NCBI GenBank assembly: GCA_043803945.1
Contig: JAZDJN010000033.1
Span: 1-64,000 of the forward strand
DNA from: a bacterium
GTDB taxonomy: Bacteria; Bacteroidota; Ignavibacteria; UBA10030
Direction of reading: 5' to 3'
Length of the DNA: 64,000 nt
Shown: positions 1 to 10,511 of the stretch, piece after piece
Layout of the letters: every line of letters begins with the position of its first letter
Position numbering within the stretch: position 1 is the first letter of the stretch
Program-made: the position numbers and the translations under genes
The notes under the pieces: model-generated
Databases searched by the model: none
What the model was told of the DNA's origin: nothing
The model's input: the letters and a program-made list of their open reading frames with translations, nothing else

Positions 1-86
1 GTTGACACTAATTTTCCATATCGCTTGTTTAATCGTTTATCCCCTATCGCTACGTGCTTGAGCTCTTCTGTTATCCATCGCTCCAT
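1..86 (-). CDS. IS4-family transposase, N-terminal DNA-binding part (partial)
   Basis: Hand translation MERWITEELKHVAIGDKRLNKRYGKLVS matches the W..E......GD.RL..R pattern of IS50-group transposase N-termini; AAAGGA SD upstream. Not in ORF track. Confidence 0.8.
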   Translation of the reverse strand, partial: MERWITEELKHVAIGDKRLNKRYGKLVS

Positions 87-196
87 GATATTGTTCCTTT
101 CAATATGTTATCGTATACTTATCTCAATAACATATTGAAAATAAACGTCTTGTACAAGTCCTCTCACCCTTCTCACGAATTGTGGGTAATGAGAAG
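1..196 (-). mobile_element. Left end of an IS4-family (IS50/Tn5-like) insertion sequence, truncated by window start
   Basis: Minus-strand 196..178 reads CTTCTCATTACCCACAATT, resembling the IS50 outside end CTGACTCTTATACACAAGT; it lies ~90 bp upstream of a transposase-like ORF start at 86. Confidence 0.75.
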
Positions 197-310
197 TTTC
201 GCAAAGGGGGAGAAAGATAAATGAAAGAAGTAGGAGTAATATACGCTGAGTAAATACGAATTCAGATCAACAATATTTTTTCTTGACTAGTCATTCAGTA
301 TCATAGCAGT

Positions 311-3300
311 ATGAAACACATTGGATTTCTTATCAGCAATAACAGTCCTCTCTCCCCTGAGGAAAAATCTGCCTGGAAGTTTCTTTCAAAACAGCATCAG
401 TATGCCCCGATAGTAATCTCGTTTGAAGAAATTTACCGCCGCCCATCGCTTCTCAATACTCTCAACACCCTCTGGTGGCATTACGATGAATCGACGTTTC
501 TGCCTTCGATTGCATTGGATCCTGAGGTTCTCGCAAGCATCAGAACATTTATAGAGCGCGGCGGATCACTGTTGCTCTCCCTTCTTTCTGCACAATACAC
601 AATCAACCTCGGCATAGAGAGTAGAAGACCGAATGTTCTCATTAAAGGCCATTGGCAGGAAGCGTGCTGGGCACAAGGTTATGCGGACATCCGCGGCTTT
701 GCTAGTTACTTCGGCCACCCAATCATAGACCGATTTGGGCGCGGGGTCTTTGCCTGGAATCCTGAAAAAGGCAATCCATACTCAGCCTGTTATTATGATG
801 GAGTGAATCCTGAAAAAGGAAAGGTTGTTGCCGTCGAAAGACAATACATCAAACTCGCCGAAGCAAAAAGAATTATCTCAGAATATTCTGTCGGCAAGGG
901 AAAGCTTCTCTCTGTGGGAGCATACCTGTACTTCCGGCAAGAAGAGGGAAGATTCAGGAAACATCTCGAGCAATTTACTCTGGACACTCTGGAATACCTC
1001 TACTCTCCGCAGCTCAAAAAAGTATCTTACTGGCCTATCGGCAAGCAGACAGTTCAGGAATTCAAATTTCATTCGCATTTCGCTCAATTGAAAAGGGCAC
1101 ATTGGAATTTCCACAATACCGATCTCCAGATAGAGCGTGACAGATTACCCGCTGACACGGATCAGTCCTATGATGTTGGAGGAAGGAGAATTCTCGTGCT
1201 CGGTACCGAGCAAAAAGGGATTTCTGAGATCTGGAGTTTCCCCATCAGAATTGCCTCTGACGTTCGCATTGGAGTGCACGTGACTGGTCACGATCTTGTT
1301 TGGCTGGATTTACTACCTGTCCATCTCACTGTTCGGCCTGAATCGATTACAAGGGAATATTCTTTTCTTGATACAAAAATTCAGGAAATCACATTTACAG
1401 ACGAAAAGAGACCGGCGGCCGCAATCCAAATTATCGTAAAGTCCACCCACTCCGCCACACTGATTGTTACGGCATCGATTGATCTCAGAATCATGTGGCC
1501 ATTGAGTGAATACGCAACCGGTTCGATGCAATTTGCGTGGGATGAAGAGATGAATGCAGGTATTGTGACCGATCTGCACGGGCATCTCAGTGCGATTATC
1601 GGCACGTCACTCACGCCAAGCAGACATCTCCTCGGCCAGTATCAAAGCATTGACTACGAAGGCGATCAACTTATTGGGACCTCAACCGATCAGGCGAAGG
1701 TCAGTGTTGGATTAAGTATTCCACTCCCTCCCAGTGAGAATTTTATCACGATTGCATTTGCCGGATCGACATTTTTGAAAGAGTCGATAGCTGCTTTCAA
1801 ATGGATGATCACAGATGCTTCAAAGAGGCTTAAGGAGCAGGTTGAGCATTTCAACGAACTCTGGCAGAAATCCATACAAATCGATTCTCCAGATCAGGAA
1901 TTTAATACTGCCTATCGATGGGCACTCACTGCAACCGATCGCTTTACCGTTGAAACACCGGAACTCGGTACATCGCTAATGGCTGGATTCGGTTCCAGCG
2001 CGTCAGGATGGAACGGCGGCCATACCATCAGCGGGAGACCAGGCTATGCATGGTACTTTGGCCGCGACAGTGTCTGGTCTTCGCTTGCCCTGCTCGCTGC
2101 TGGTGATGCTGAGAAGGTGCGAAACGTGCTTGAATTCCTTGGCAGGCACCAGGACCTTGATGGCAAGATTCTGCATGAAGCAACGACGAGCGGGCACATT
2201 CATTATGACGCTGCAGATTCGACTCCGCTCTATCTTCTTCTGATGGGTCGATATTATCAAACTTCGGGTGATCTTGCCTTCGTACGAAAAGAATTTTCAC
2301 ACGTTCTCAAAGCTATGAAATTCTGCTTCTCCACGGATACCAATGGAGATCACCTCATTGAAAATACTACTGTCGGTCACGGCTGGATCGAGGGCGGAAT
2401 ACTTTTCCCCGTTCACGCCGAATATTATCTGGAAGCATGCTGGTGTGCGGCTCTGCAGGAAACATCGGCGTTGGCAGCAGGTTTGCGAAAACCAATACTG
2501 GCTCAACGGTGGCGTAGAATATCCATGGTGGTTAAGAAGAAATTGGAGAAAGAGTTTTGGAATTGGAAAACCAGGTTTTATAATTTTGGCAAGCTTGCCG
2601 ATGGCAGGATGAATACGGAGAAGACAATGCTGCCGACCGTTGGCATGTATCTTGGCGTAACGGATCGGAAGAAGTCGGAGCATTCCCTCGAAGATTACTC
2701 TTCTCAAGTATTTTCTGCAGATTGGGGCGTCCGCATGGTGGGGTCCGATAATCCATTGTATAATCCAAATGGTTATCATTACGGATCTATCTGGCCCCTA
2801 TTTACAGGATGGACCGCCCTCGCCGAATATTCAATGGATAGACCCATTCAGGCATATAACCATCTCCAAAGCACTATCGCACTCTCCACACTGTTTTCTG
2901 CCGGTTCTGTACCGGAGGTTCTTCACGGGGAACAGTTCCAATTATCCGGAGTGTGTCCGCATCAGTGCTGGTCGGAGACAATGGTGCTGCTCCCAATTCT
3001 CGAAGGAATGCTGGGATTGAAAATTAATGCCATCGAAAAATCAATCACACTTAAACCGGCATTTCCTTCTCAATGGAAGTATGCCTCTGTGAAGAATATG
3101 CTGATAGGATCAAATCGGCTCTCCCTGTCATTCGAGCGTATTCAAGAGAGAACAACCTATAAATTTTCCCTGGATGGACCTGATGATTTGATAATTCACC
3201 TTATTCCTCACTTTAATCTTGGAACCAGAATCACAAAAATTCAGATTGGGAAGAGAAAAGTATTTGGGAGAAGAAGCATTTCACGCTATCAAGATCTTCC

Positions 3301-3655
3301 GAACCTTACTCTCCGTCTGAAAGATGAACTCACGGTAACTATCACTCATAATGGAGGTGTTGGTGTTGCTATCCCGCGACCCCAAATGAAACCAGGAAAG
3401 GCGTCCATCGGGCTACGGCTTATTTCTGAACAGTTGATCGGCGGCACCTACAAACTGCGTTTGGAAGGCAAGTGTGGTAGAAAATATTCATTCCATCTCC
3501 ACGATCCTGATAAGACGATACAGAGTGTACGAGGAGGGAACAAACGACTTTTTCACGACGGCCGAGTTCATGTTCAGATTCAAATCCCTCCCTCGAAGAA
3601 GGGAAAATGCATTCAGCAACAGGTGATCACCATCAGTCTCAAGAGGAAAAGATAA
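311..3655 (+). CDS. Amylo-alpha-1,6-glucosidase/glycogen-debranching-like (alpha/alpha)6 glycoside hydrolase with N-terminal DUF4960-like domain
   Basis: 1114 aa; GRPGYAWYFGRD, YDAADSTPLY, YHYGSIWP, PEV..G and CPHQCWS motifs of GDE_C-type six-hairpin glycosidases; N-terminal ~230 aa with LWWHYD resembles DUF4960. Confidence 0.75.
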   Translation: MKHIGFLISNNSPLSPEEKSAWKFLSKQHQYAPIVISFEEIYRRPSLLNTLNTLWWHYDESTFLPSIALDPEVLASIRTFIERGGSLLLSLLSAQYTINLGIESRRPNVLIKGHWQEACWAQGYADIRGFASYFGHPIIDRFGRGVFAWNPEKGNPYSACYYDGVNPEKGKVVAVERQYIKLAEAKRIISEYSVGKGKLLSVGAYLYFRQEEGRFRKHLEQFTLDTLEYLYSPQLKKVSYWPIGKQTVQEFKFHSHFAQLKRAHWNFHNTDLQIERDRLPADTDQSYDVGGRRILVLGTEQKGISEIWSFPIRIASDVRIGVHVTGHDLVWLDLLPVHLTVRPESITREYSFLDTKIQEITFTDEKRPAAAIQIIVKSTHSATLIVTASIDLRIMWPLSEYATGSMQFAWDEEMNAGIVTDLHGHLSAIIGTSLTPSRHLLGQYQSIDYEGDQLIGTSTDQAKVSVGLSIPLPPSENFITIAFAGSTFLKESIAAFKWMITDASKRLKEQVEHFNELWQKSIQIDSPDQEFNTAYRWALTATDRFTVETPELGTSLMAGFGSSASGWNGGHTISGRPGYAWYFGRDSVWSSLALLAAGDAEKVRNVLEFLGRHQDLDGKILHEATTSGHIHYDAADSTPLYLLLMGRYYQTSGDLAFVRKEFSHVLKAMKFCFSTDTNGDHLIENTTVGHGWIEGGILFPVHAEYYLEACWCAALQETSALAAGLRKPILAQRWRRISMVVKKKLEKEFWNWKTRFYNFGKLADGRMNTEKTMLPTVGMYLGVTDRKKSEHSLEDYSSQVFSADWGVRMVGSDNPLYNPNGYHYGSIWPLFTGWTALAEYSMDRPIQAYNHLQSTIALSTLFSAGSVPEVLHGEQFQLSGVCPHQCWSETMVLLPILEGMLGLKINAIEKSITLKPAFPSQWKYASVKNMLIGSNRLSLSFERIQERTTYKFSLDGPDDLIIHLIPHFNLGTRITKIQIGKRKVFGRRSISRYQDLPNLTLRLKDELTVTITHNGGVGVAIPRPQMKPGKASIGLRLISEQLIGGTYKLRLEGKCGRKYSFHLHDPDKTIQSVRGGNKRLFHDGRVHVQIQIPPSKKGKCIQQQVITISLKRKR

Positions 3656-3778
3656 AGCATTATTGAAACTGCTTACCCACTCAATACTATTCTGCAGAAG
3701 ATCATCCACAGAAATCCGCAGCGAGCAGTCTTATTGGCATGACGTTGAAACTTCGTTCTATGGAAATCCGCAAAATAA

Positions 3779-3832
3779 ATCCTCCCAAAACCGAGTCATC
3801 GACCTATCGACTTCTCCTTGTATTGGGAGGAT
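3779..3832 (-). terminator. Stem-loop between convergent genes, possible terminator
   Basis: ATCCTCCCAA (3779-3788) / TTGGGAGGAT (3823-3832), followed on minus strand by TTATTTT; loop is long (34 nt). Confidence 0.35.
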
Positions 3833-3857
3833 CTGATTACTTCAGTTTCTGGGACAA

Positions 3858-6326
3858 CTACTTCGCGTTAGGACGCAGAATTTTCGCCAGTTGGTCCTTG
3901 GAATCTTGCAGATGCGCCTTCGTTTCACGGTCTCCGCTCTTCGGGAGTGCAGACAAGACCTGTTTCTCCAGATCAATCAATTCACTCCGTATAAGTGCTT
4001 TCGCCTCGCCAGGTGTCGATCCCAGGCCGGTAATAATAATTCCTGGAGGCATTGAGGCTGCTGGTGCAGGTGCAGGTGGATTGAGTTTATTCCCCATCAT
4101 ATCAATAAAGGAACGTTGGAGATTGCGTCGATAGATACCGATTTTTACTGAGCCCGAGTTCAATTCACTCCAGATACCAACTCGCAGGTCATTCAGCATT
4201 TCAGCCAACGTATACAGCTTCTTATTGGATGCCACAAGTGTTGCAGCATTTACCAGGCGGCTCATTCTGCTATTGGTCAACAGAATATTGAGGAGCTGAT
4301 TTTGGCCGGCGAGAACACGATCAACTGCGCCGGTGGGATCGATGAGCGCCAGAATTTCTATCTTTAATAAACCGAGAGGCGGCATAAAGCCTTCCTTCTG
4401 AAGATACTCCATGCTCTCCTTTTGACGTTCACGGGAGACCGGCTCATGGATCACTCCTTTGATACCAGCTATGCGCTCAGTATGAATCACACCACCGATA
4501 TAATTTGCCACGTGGCCCAATTCTCTATTCCTCTGGCTAAGAAGTTCATTGTAAATCTCTTTAAGGGTGGAGTAATCCTCACCGTCTTTTGTAGTTGCAG
4601 TTAAAAGCATCTCAACAATTGCATAGATATTCTTCATGCCATATTTCGTAGCTTTAACGGCATCGTCACCCATATCTTCCGTCTGAGCCATTGGATCATT
4701 TGAATCGTACGCTCCCCATCGAAGGTATGGTTCAGTCTCCTGACGTGTAGCGATTTTATTTAAGTCTACTTTTTCCTCTTCCGGAGTCTTTGCCCCAAGC
4801 ATGGGCTTATACCCCCACTCCACGGCAAAATTATCGTAAGGGCCCAAGATGGGAATCAAGCGGGCCTGATCACCCGGCTGTGCCACGTAGTTGAATCTGC
4901 CATAATCCATGATCGAAGCTTCGTTGCCATACTTCTCGGTAAACGACTTGCTTCGTAAGCTATCAACCGGATACATGGCCGTTGCTTTGAAATTATGCTG
5001 GAACCCGAGTGAATGTCCAACCTCATGAGCGATGATGTAGCGGAGAAGTTCCCCCATCAGATCATCAGGCAGAGGAAGTTTTTTCGCACGCGGATCGAGG
5101 TTGCCCACTTGCACGAAATACCAGTTGCGGGCGAGATTCATCACATTGTGGTAGATGCCGATATCGGCATCGAGGACTTCGCCTGAACGAGGGTCGCTGA
5201 TATGCGGGCCATACGCATTTTCTATGCTTGAGGGAAGCCACCGCACTGTCGAGTAGCGTGCATCCTCGCCATTCCATTCCGGATCTTCTTTTTCACTTGG
5301 CGCATATTTTCCAATGATGGCATTTTTAAATCCTGCCTTCTCGAATGCAGGCTGCCAGTCTTCAACACCTTTCTTCGCCCAGATTTTCCATTTCTCCGGA
5401 AACGCACGATCGATGTAGAAAACGATTGGCTTCACTGGCTCACTCAATCCGCCCCGTTTGATGGCATCCGGATCCTTCGGTTCAAGCCGAAAGCGTGCAA
5501 TGTAGATTCTGTTTTCTGCACGATGTGAGTCATACGCATAATCATATTGCGAATGGGTAAAATATCCGATTCTGGAATCGAATAGTCTTGGCATCATCGG
5601 TTTTTCCGGCAGGCGTACCATAGAGTGATGAAGTGTCAATGTCATACTCGAAAGCGAAGGATTTTGCGGTACTGAACCGGCATCGTAGGTGAGCGTTGCT
5701 TCGGCCTCAATATTATCAGGATACGAACGGCAGAAATCCAGGTAGGAGCGCTTTGAATCGAGCCGGCGAACCTTATATTGCTCCCGTTGGAATTTGCCAA
5801 GTCCAAATTCTGCAACATCTGTTAAGTAAATATCTGTCGCCTCGATAACGACATTCGAACTGTCCTTGTTGAACGTTTGAATGTCAAAGGCCATAAGAAT
5901 CGGTGCATTGGTAATTTTCCTCACGCCGTACGCAATCGGCAGCGAGTCGACCGAGCGTACCGAATGAAGAACACTTTTAAGCATCATCTTATCACCCACT
6001 CTCTCCCAGCGCACAACAAGCTGATTGATTCCATCGCCTCCAAATCCCATACCATCCAGCGTCTTTGCCTGGGATGTCACCAATAAAAATTCCTTGCCAA
6101 ACTCATTTTTCGGAATTTCGAAGAATAATTTCTCTTTGATGCGGTGGACGATAAAGAGACCTGTGTCAGTCTTTGCCTCTTTGGTGATGACCTGGCTGTA
6201 GGGCTTCATGGCACCCGGTTTCTGCGCAGTGGTATCTGGTGCCTTGGCAGGTGCGTTTTGAAATGGCATTGCCCATACTACTGAGAATGCCATTAGGGTA
6301 ACGAAGAAAATCCAGAATGTTCTCAT
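3858..6326 (-). CDS. Secreted zinc-dependent metalloprotease (DUF5117/DUF4953-type metzincin)
   Basis: Signal peptide; HEVGHSLGFQHN zinc motif, SIMDY Met-turn, DPRSGE and PIVFYID family motifs. Confidence 0.9.
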   Translation of the reverse strand: MRTFWIFFVTLMAFSVVWAMPFQNAPAKAPDTTAQKPGAMKPYSQVITKEAKTDTGLFIVHRIKEKLFFEIPKNEFGKEFLLVTSQAKTLDGMGFGGDGINQLVVRWERVGDKMMLKSVLHSVRSVDSLPIAYGVRKITNAPILMAFDIQTFNKDSSNVVIEATDIYLTDVAEFGLGKFQREQYKVRRLDSKRSYLDFCRSYPDNIEAEATLTYDAGSVPQNPSLSSMTLTLHHSMVRLPEKPMMPRLFDSRIGYFTHSQYDYAYDSHRAENRIYIARFRLEPKDPDAIKRGGLSEPVKPIVFYIDRAFPEKWKIWAKKGVEDWQPAFEKAGFKNAIIGKYAPSEKEDPEWNGEDARYSTVRWLPSSIENAYGPHISDPRSGEVLDADIGIYHNVMNLARNWYFVQVGNLDPRAKKLPLPDDLMGELLRYIIAHEVGHSLGFQHNFKATAMYPVDSLRSKSFTEKYGNEASIMDYGRFNYVAQPGDQARLIPILGPYDNFAVEWGYKPMLGAKTPEEEKVDLNKIATRQETEPYLRWGAYDSNDPMAQTEDMGDDAVKATKYGMKNIYAIVEMLLTATTKDGEDYSTLKEIYNELLSQRNRELGHVANYIGGVIHTERIAGIKGVIHEPVSRERQKESMEYLQKEGFMPPLGLLKIEILALIDPTGAVDRVLAGQNQLLNILLTNSRMSRLVNAATLVASNKKLYTLAEMLNDLRVGIWSELNSGSVKIGIYRRNLQRSFIDMMGNKLNPPAPAPAASMPPGIIITGLGSTPGEAKALIRSELIDLEKQVLSALPKSGDRETKAHLQDSKDQLAKILRPNAK

Positions 6327-6430
6327 CGAGAGAATATCCTTTCGTGAAGTGAGTGACTAGCATGAATTGAGAATTTCCTTTATTGGTTCCTCTTGGTTAC
6401 TGCAAGTATTCGGTTTGAACAACGCTTGTC

Positions 6431-8662
6431 CTATTCCTCATGTTTCGCGGTATCACGTTGAAGATAGAGGACCCCCAGCGGTGGAATCGTGATGAGCATG
6501 GAATATTCCCGATGGTGAAAGGGAATCGGTTCAGCTTCAATCGCTCCGCCATTACCGATGTTTCCACCTCCATAATATGCCGAATCGCTATTGAATAGTT
6601 CGAGATATTTCCCTTCTTCCGGAAGACCAATGCGATAGTTTGAACGCGGAACAGGGGTGAAGTTACAGACAACGATAACCTTATGATCGGAATGTTTTGC
6701 TTTGCGAATGAACGAGATAATGCTTCCCGCAGCATCGTGGAAATCCAACCATTCAAATCCCTGTTGTTGGAAGTCCATCTCATACAAGGCTGGAGAGTTT
6801 TGATAAATTGACTGGAGGTCCTCAGTCAATCTCAAGATGCCATTATGGGTCTCATATTCCAGCAGATGCCAATCGAGTGAAGTGTCATGATCCCACTCTT
6901 TCCATTGGCCGAATTCCCCGCCCATGAAGAGAAGTTTTTTTCCGGGGAAACTGAACATCAAGGAATAGAGTGCACGCAGATTGGCAAATTTCTGCCAGAG
7001 GTCGCCTGGCATCTTATCGAGCAGCGCTTTTTTTCCATGGACTGACTCGTCATGGGAGAGCGGCAATAAAAATTTTTCTGTAAAGGCATAGAGCAATGCA
7101 AATGTCAGGTTGCGGTGATGATACGGACGGTAGATTGGATCTTTTGAAAAATATTCTAGCATATCGTGCATCCAGCCCATATTCCATTTCAAATCGAAAC
7201 CCAATCCGCCCTGTTCAACGGTATTAGTGACTCCGGGCCAGGCAGTCGATTCCTCTGCAATGGTCAGTATCCCGGGATAGTAATGGTGGACGATTGTATT
7301 AACAGAGCGGAGAAACTCGATCGCTTCGATATTCTCCCTCCCTCCATATTGGTTCGGGATCCACTCTCCTTCCTGACGGGAATAATCGAGATAGAGCATC
7401 GATGCCACTGCATCGATCCTGAATCCATCGATATGAAATTTATCAATCCAATAGAGGGCATTGCTTATAAGAAAATTTTTGACCTCATGCCTGCCATAAT
7501 TAAAAATGTACGTACCCCAATCCTGATGTTCCCCTTTTTTCGGATCGGAATGTTCGTACAGGTGAGTTCCATCGAATTCTCCAAGTGCATGAATATCTTT
7601 CGGGAAGTGCGCCGGCACCCAGTCCAGAATAACACCTACTCCGTGCAGGTGGCAGTGATTGACGAAGTACATAAAATCCTGAGGTTTTCCGAACCTGCTT
7701 GTCGCCGCAAAATAGCCGGTCACCTGGTATCCCCATGATGCATCAAGGGGGTGCTCCATCACAGGAAGCAATTCGATATGGGTGAATCCCCGCTGTTTCA
7801 CGTATTCCACCAGCTTATGTGCCAATTCCTTGTAGGTGAGCCATCGATTTCCTTCCTCCAGCAGTCTTGCCCAGGATGCGAGATGAACTTCGTAAATCGA
7901 GAGAGGCCTTGAGAGATGTTGTTCGACCGTTCTCGCGTCAATCCATTCCTTGTCTGTCCAATCAAAACCCGTTAGAAGGTTTACACGGGCCGCTGTACTC
8001 GGACGCAGTTCCATTTCAAATCCATAGGGATCACACTTATCGAGAATCGTACCGTTCTGCGTTTTTATCTGGAATTTGTATAATTCGCCCTCGGGCAAAC
8101 CCGGAATGAAGATTTCCCATACACCAGAAGAGCCAAGTGAACGCATGGCATGGTTCCTTCGATCCCAGCCATTGAACGAGCCGATAACACTCACACTTCG
8201 TGCGGCGGGCGCCCACACTGCAAATTGGATACCTCCAATCCCATTCACTTCTGCAAAGTGAGCACCAAGTTTTTCGTAAATCCGATGATGATCTCCTGCG
8301 TTGAAGAGGTAGAGATCAAAATCGGTGAGCGTTGGTAGAAAGGCGTATGAATCATAAAAGGTCTCGATGACCCCTTCGGGTGTCTCTTTCCGGAGTTTAT
8401 ATCTGAAAACTTCCTTCCTCCCGGGAATGACACATTCGAAAAAACCGGCATCGTCGAGTTTTTTCATACAGTATGAACGCACCTCATGTTCATTATCTAA
8501 TTCTACCACATACACTTCAGAGGCATCAGGCAGAAAGGTTCGTACGACAAGCGATGGCTTCCCTTTTTGCTCAATGATTTTCATCCCAAGCACTCTGAAA
8601 GGATCAAAGTGATCAGTGTTGATGATGCGAATCATTTCATCTTTTTCAACTGTCATTTTCAT
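6431..8662 (-). CDS. glgB: 1,4-alpha-glucan branching enzyme (GH13)
   Basis: FAVWAP, YEVHLASW, WGYQ, DWVPAHFP, RIDAVASM, AEEST, LSHDE motifs. Start moved to ATG at 8662 to avoid overlap with nadD. Confidence 0.97.
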   Translation of the reverse strand: MKMTVEKDEMIRIINTDHFDPFRVLGMKIIEQKGKPSLVVRTFLPDASEVYVVELDNEHEVRSYCMKKLDDAGFFECVIPGRKEVFRYKLRKETPEGVIETFYDSYAFLPTLTDFDLYLFNAGDHHRIYEKLGAHFAEVNGIGGIQFAVWAPAARSVSVIGSFNGWDRRNHAMRSLGSSGVWEIFIPGLPEGELYKFQIKTQNGTILDKCDPYGFEMELRPSTAARVNLLTGFDWTDKEWIDARTVEQHLSRPLSIYEVHLASWARLLEEGNRWLTYKELAHKLVEYVKQRGFTHIELLPVMEHPLDASWGYQVTGYFAATSRFGKPQDFMYFVNHCHLHGVGVILDWVPAHFPKDIHALGEFDGTHLYEHSDPKKGEHQDWGTYIFNYGRHEVKNFLISNALYWIDKFHIDGFRIDAVASMLYLDYSRQEGEWIPNQYGGRENIEAIEFLRSVNTIVHHYYPGILTIAEESTAWPGVTNTVEQGGLGFDLKWNMGWMHDMLEYFSKDPIYRPYHHRNLTFALLYAFTEKFLLPLSHDESVHGKKALLDKMPGDLWQKFANLRALYSLMFSFPGKKLLFMGGEFGQWKEWDHDTSLDWHLLEYETHNGILRLTEDLQSIYQNSPALYEMDFQQQGFEWLDFHDAAGSIISFIRKAKHSDHKVIVVCNFTPVPRSNYRIGLPEEGKYLELFNSDSAYYGGGNIGNGGAIEAEPIPFHHREYSMLITIPPLGVLYLQRDTAKHEE

Positions 8663-8675
8663 GGGAGAGGATTTT

Positions 8676-9263
8676 CTATGGTGTGTAAAGGTTGTGTGAT
8701 TGAATATATTGGTAAACATTCTCTGGAACAAGATAGCGGATCGATTCACTTCGGTGAATTTTACGTCTGATCTCTGAAGATGAAATAGTCACCAATCCAC
8801 CGGAAAGGAAGTGGATTTTTCGTTTGAAAATGGTTTTCCTCTTTCGCTCTCCTGCGCGATGGTAGACTGCAATTTGAGTCAGTGCCAGTATCTCCGCGGG
8901 AGATTTCCATCGTGTGAATTGATTGATGCTGTCTCCCCCCATTATAAAAAAAAGCTCGGCTTCGGGGAATTGCTTCTTGAATTGCATGACAGTATCGATG
9001 GTAAACGATACACCTTTCCTGCGAATTTCGATGGCAGAAACCTTGAAGCGGCGGTTGTTTCGGACCGCAAGGTGTGTCATCTTCAATCGCTGTGCCGCGG
9101 TGCATTGCTGCAAACCGTTTTTATGCGGCGGTTGAAATGCCGGGACGAAAATAACTTGTTCAAGTCCTAACTGTTCCCGTGCCGATTCGGCAACCAGCAA
9201 GTGGCCAAGGTGCGGGGGATCAAATGAGCCACCGAATAAGCCAATTCTTTTTTTCGTGATCAT
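8676..9263 (-). CDS. nadD: Nicotinate-nucleotide adenylyltransferase
   Basis: GGSFDPPHLGH, PPHK and ISSSEIR motifs. Confidence 0.95.
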   Translation of the reverse strand: MITKKRIGLFGGSFDPPHLGHLLVAESAREQLGLEQVIFVPAFQPPHKNGLQQCTAAQRLKMTHLAVRNNRRFKVSAIEIRRKGVSFTIDTVMQFKKQFPEAELFFIMGGDSINQFTRWKSPAEILALTQIAVYHRAGERKRKTIFKRKIHFLSGGLVTISSSEIRRKIHRSESIRYLVPENVYQYIQSHNLYTP

Positions 9264-10369
9264 TGGTGCCTCAGCGTGAGGTCATACATACCGATTGTCT
9301 CCTTGGCTGTCTGTTCCCAGCAAAATCGCTTCGAATTTTGGAATCCCTTCTTTATCAGGTCCAATCGAAGTTCGTTATGATCCAGAAGCTTCGTCATAGA
9401 ATCGAGTAACCCATCCATGCTTCTCTTCGAAATGATGAGAGCAGCATTTCCGGCAATTTCCGGCAGTGATCCGCCGTCTGAGCAGATCACCGGAGTACCA
9501 CATGCCATAGCCTCAATAACAGGGAATCCAAATCCCTCATAAAGCGATGGCTGGACCAGCATCTGTGCAGAGTTATAGGCCAAGACAAGATCGTCATTGG
9601 AGATCTGCCCCAACTCTTTTATCGAATGCGAAATATTCAGTTCATTCACCATAGCCGTCAACGATACATCTGATTTGAGGTTTCCTCCAACAACGACTAA
9701 GAGCAGATCTGGATAAGTTAACCGAAGCCTTGAAAATGCCATGAGAAGGAGTGGTATGTTTTTGTGCGGCTTGACATTTCCCACGTAAAGAACGAAGGGT
9801 CTCTCCAGACTGTATCGGATTTTAAAAGCTTTCAGCTTCTGCTCATCTTCAATTTTTCGGAAGATTCTTCCCACACCATTATAAATGACAGAAATTCGCT
9901 CTTCGGGAACTGAAAAGAACTCCTGAATATCTTGTTTCGTTCTCTGTGACACTGTCAGGATTCTTCCAGAATGATTCACGGCATGGCTGAGCATCTGTCT
10001 TGCGTACATCCTCTGCGGCAATGAGAAAAATTCAGAGCATTTCAGATGGATGAGATCATGGATTGTGACAACAGAGTTCTTCTGCAGTCCAAATGGAAGC
10101 GTGAAGTGCGGTTCATGGAAGAGATCTATCGCATAGTTTTGCATCATGCTCTTAAATCCAAATAACTCCCCAAGTGAATATTTTTTATACGGGACAGGGA
10201 TTATACGGATTGCAGAATCGACGTGAATACGTGCAGTGTCCTGCTCTGGCACGAAGAGCGTAAAATCATGCTTATCCCTGTGTTGCTCAAATCCAGTGAT
10301 GAGGGATTGGATGTACGTTCCAATACCGAAGTCGAAATACTTCCTAGCATCAAGTGCAATTTGAGCCAT
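9260..10369 (-). CDS. GT4 family glycosyltransferase
   Basis: TIHDLI, KPHKN, PSLYEGFGFPVIEAMACG. Confidence 0.92.
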   Translation of the reverse strand: MAQIALDARKYFDFGIGTYIQSLITGFEQHRDKHDFTLFVPEQDTARIHVDSAIRIIPVPYKKYSLGELFGFKSMMQNYAIDLFHEPHFTLPFGLQKNSVVTIHDLIHLKCSEFFSLPQRMYARQMLSHAVNHSGRILTVSQRTKQDIQEFFSVPEERISVIYNGVGRIFRKIEDEQKLKAFKIRYSLERPFVLYVGNVKPHKNIPLLLMAFSRLRLTYPDLLLVVVGGNLKSDVSLTAMVNELNISHSIKELGQISNDDLVLAYNSAQMLVQPSLYEGFGFPVIEAMACGTPVICSDGGSLPEIAGNAALIISKRSMDGLLDSMTKLLDHNELRLDLIKKGFQNSKRFCWEQTAKETIGMYDLTLRHQ

Positions 10370-10422
10370 TTGATCGAGGTGGAATCAATTAAGACTGAAA
10401 AAAAGGAGATCTTTGATTAGTC

Positions 10423-10451
10423 AATATAGCCAGTGGAACTTCTAAACTCAA
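10423..10451 (-). promoter_or_regulatory. Putative sigma70 promoter for the GT4-nadD-glgB run
   Basis: Minus strand TTGAGT-17 nt-TATATT; same architecture as other promoters in this window. Confidence 0.5.
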
Positions 10452-10511
10452 GATGGCTTCTTGATTCGACAGGCTATTTTCGGTATTATCTTTCAATATT
10501 GTTATCACTTC

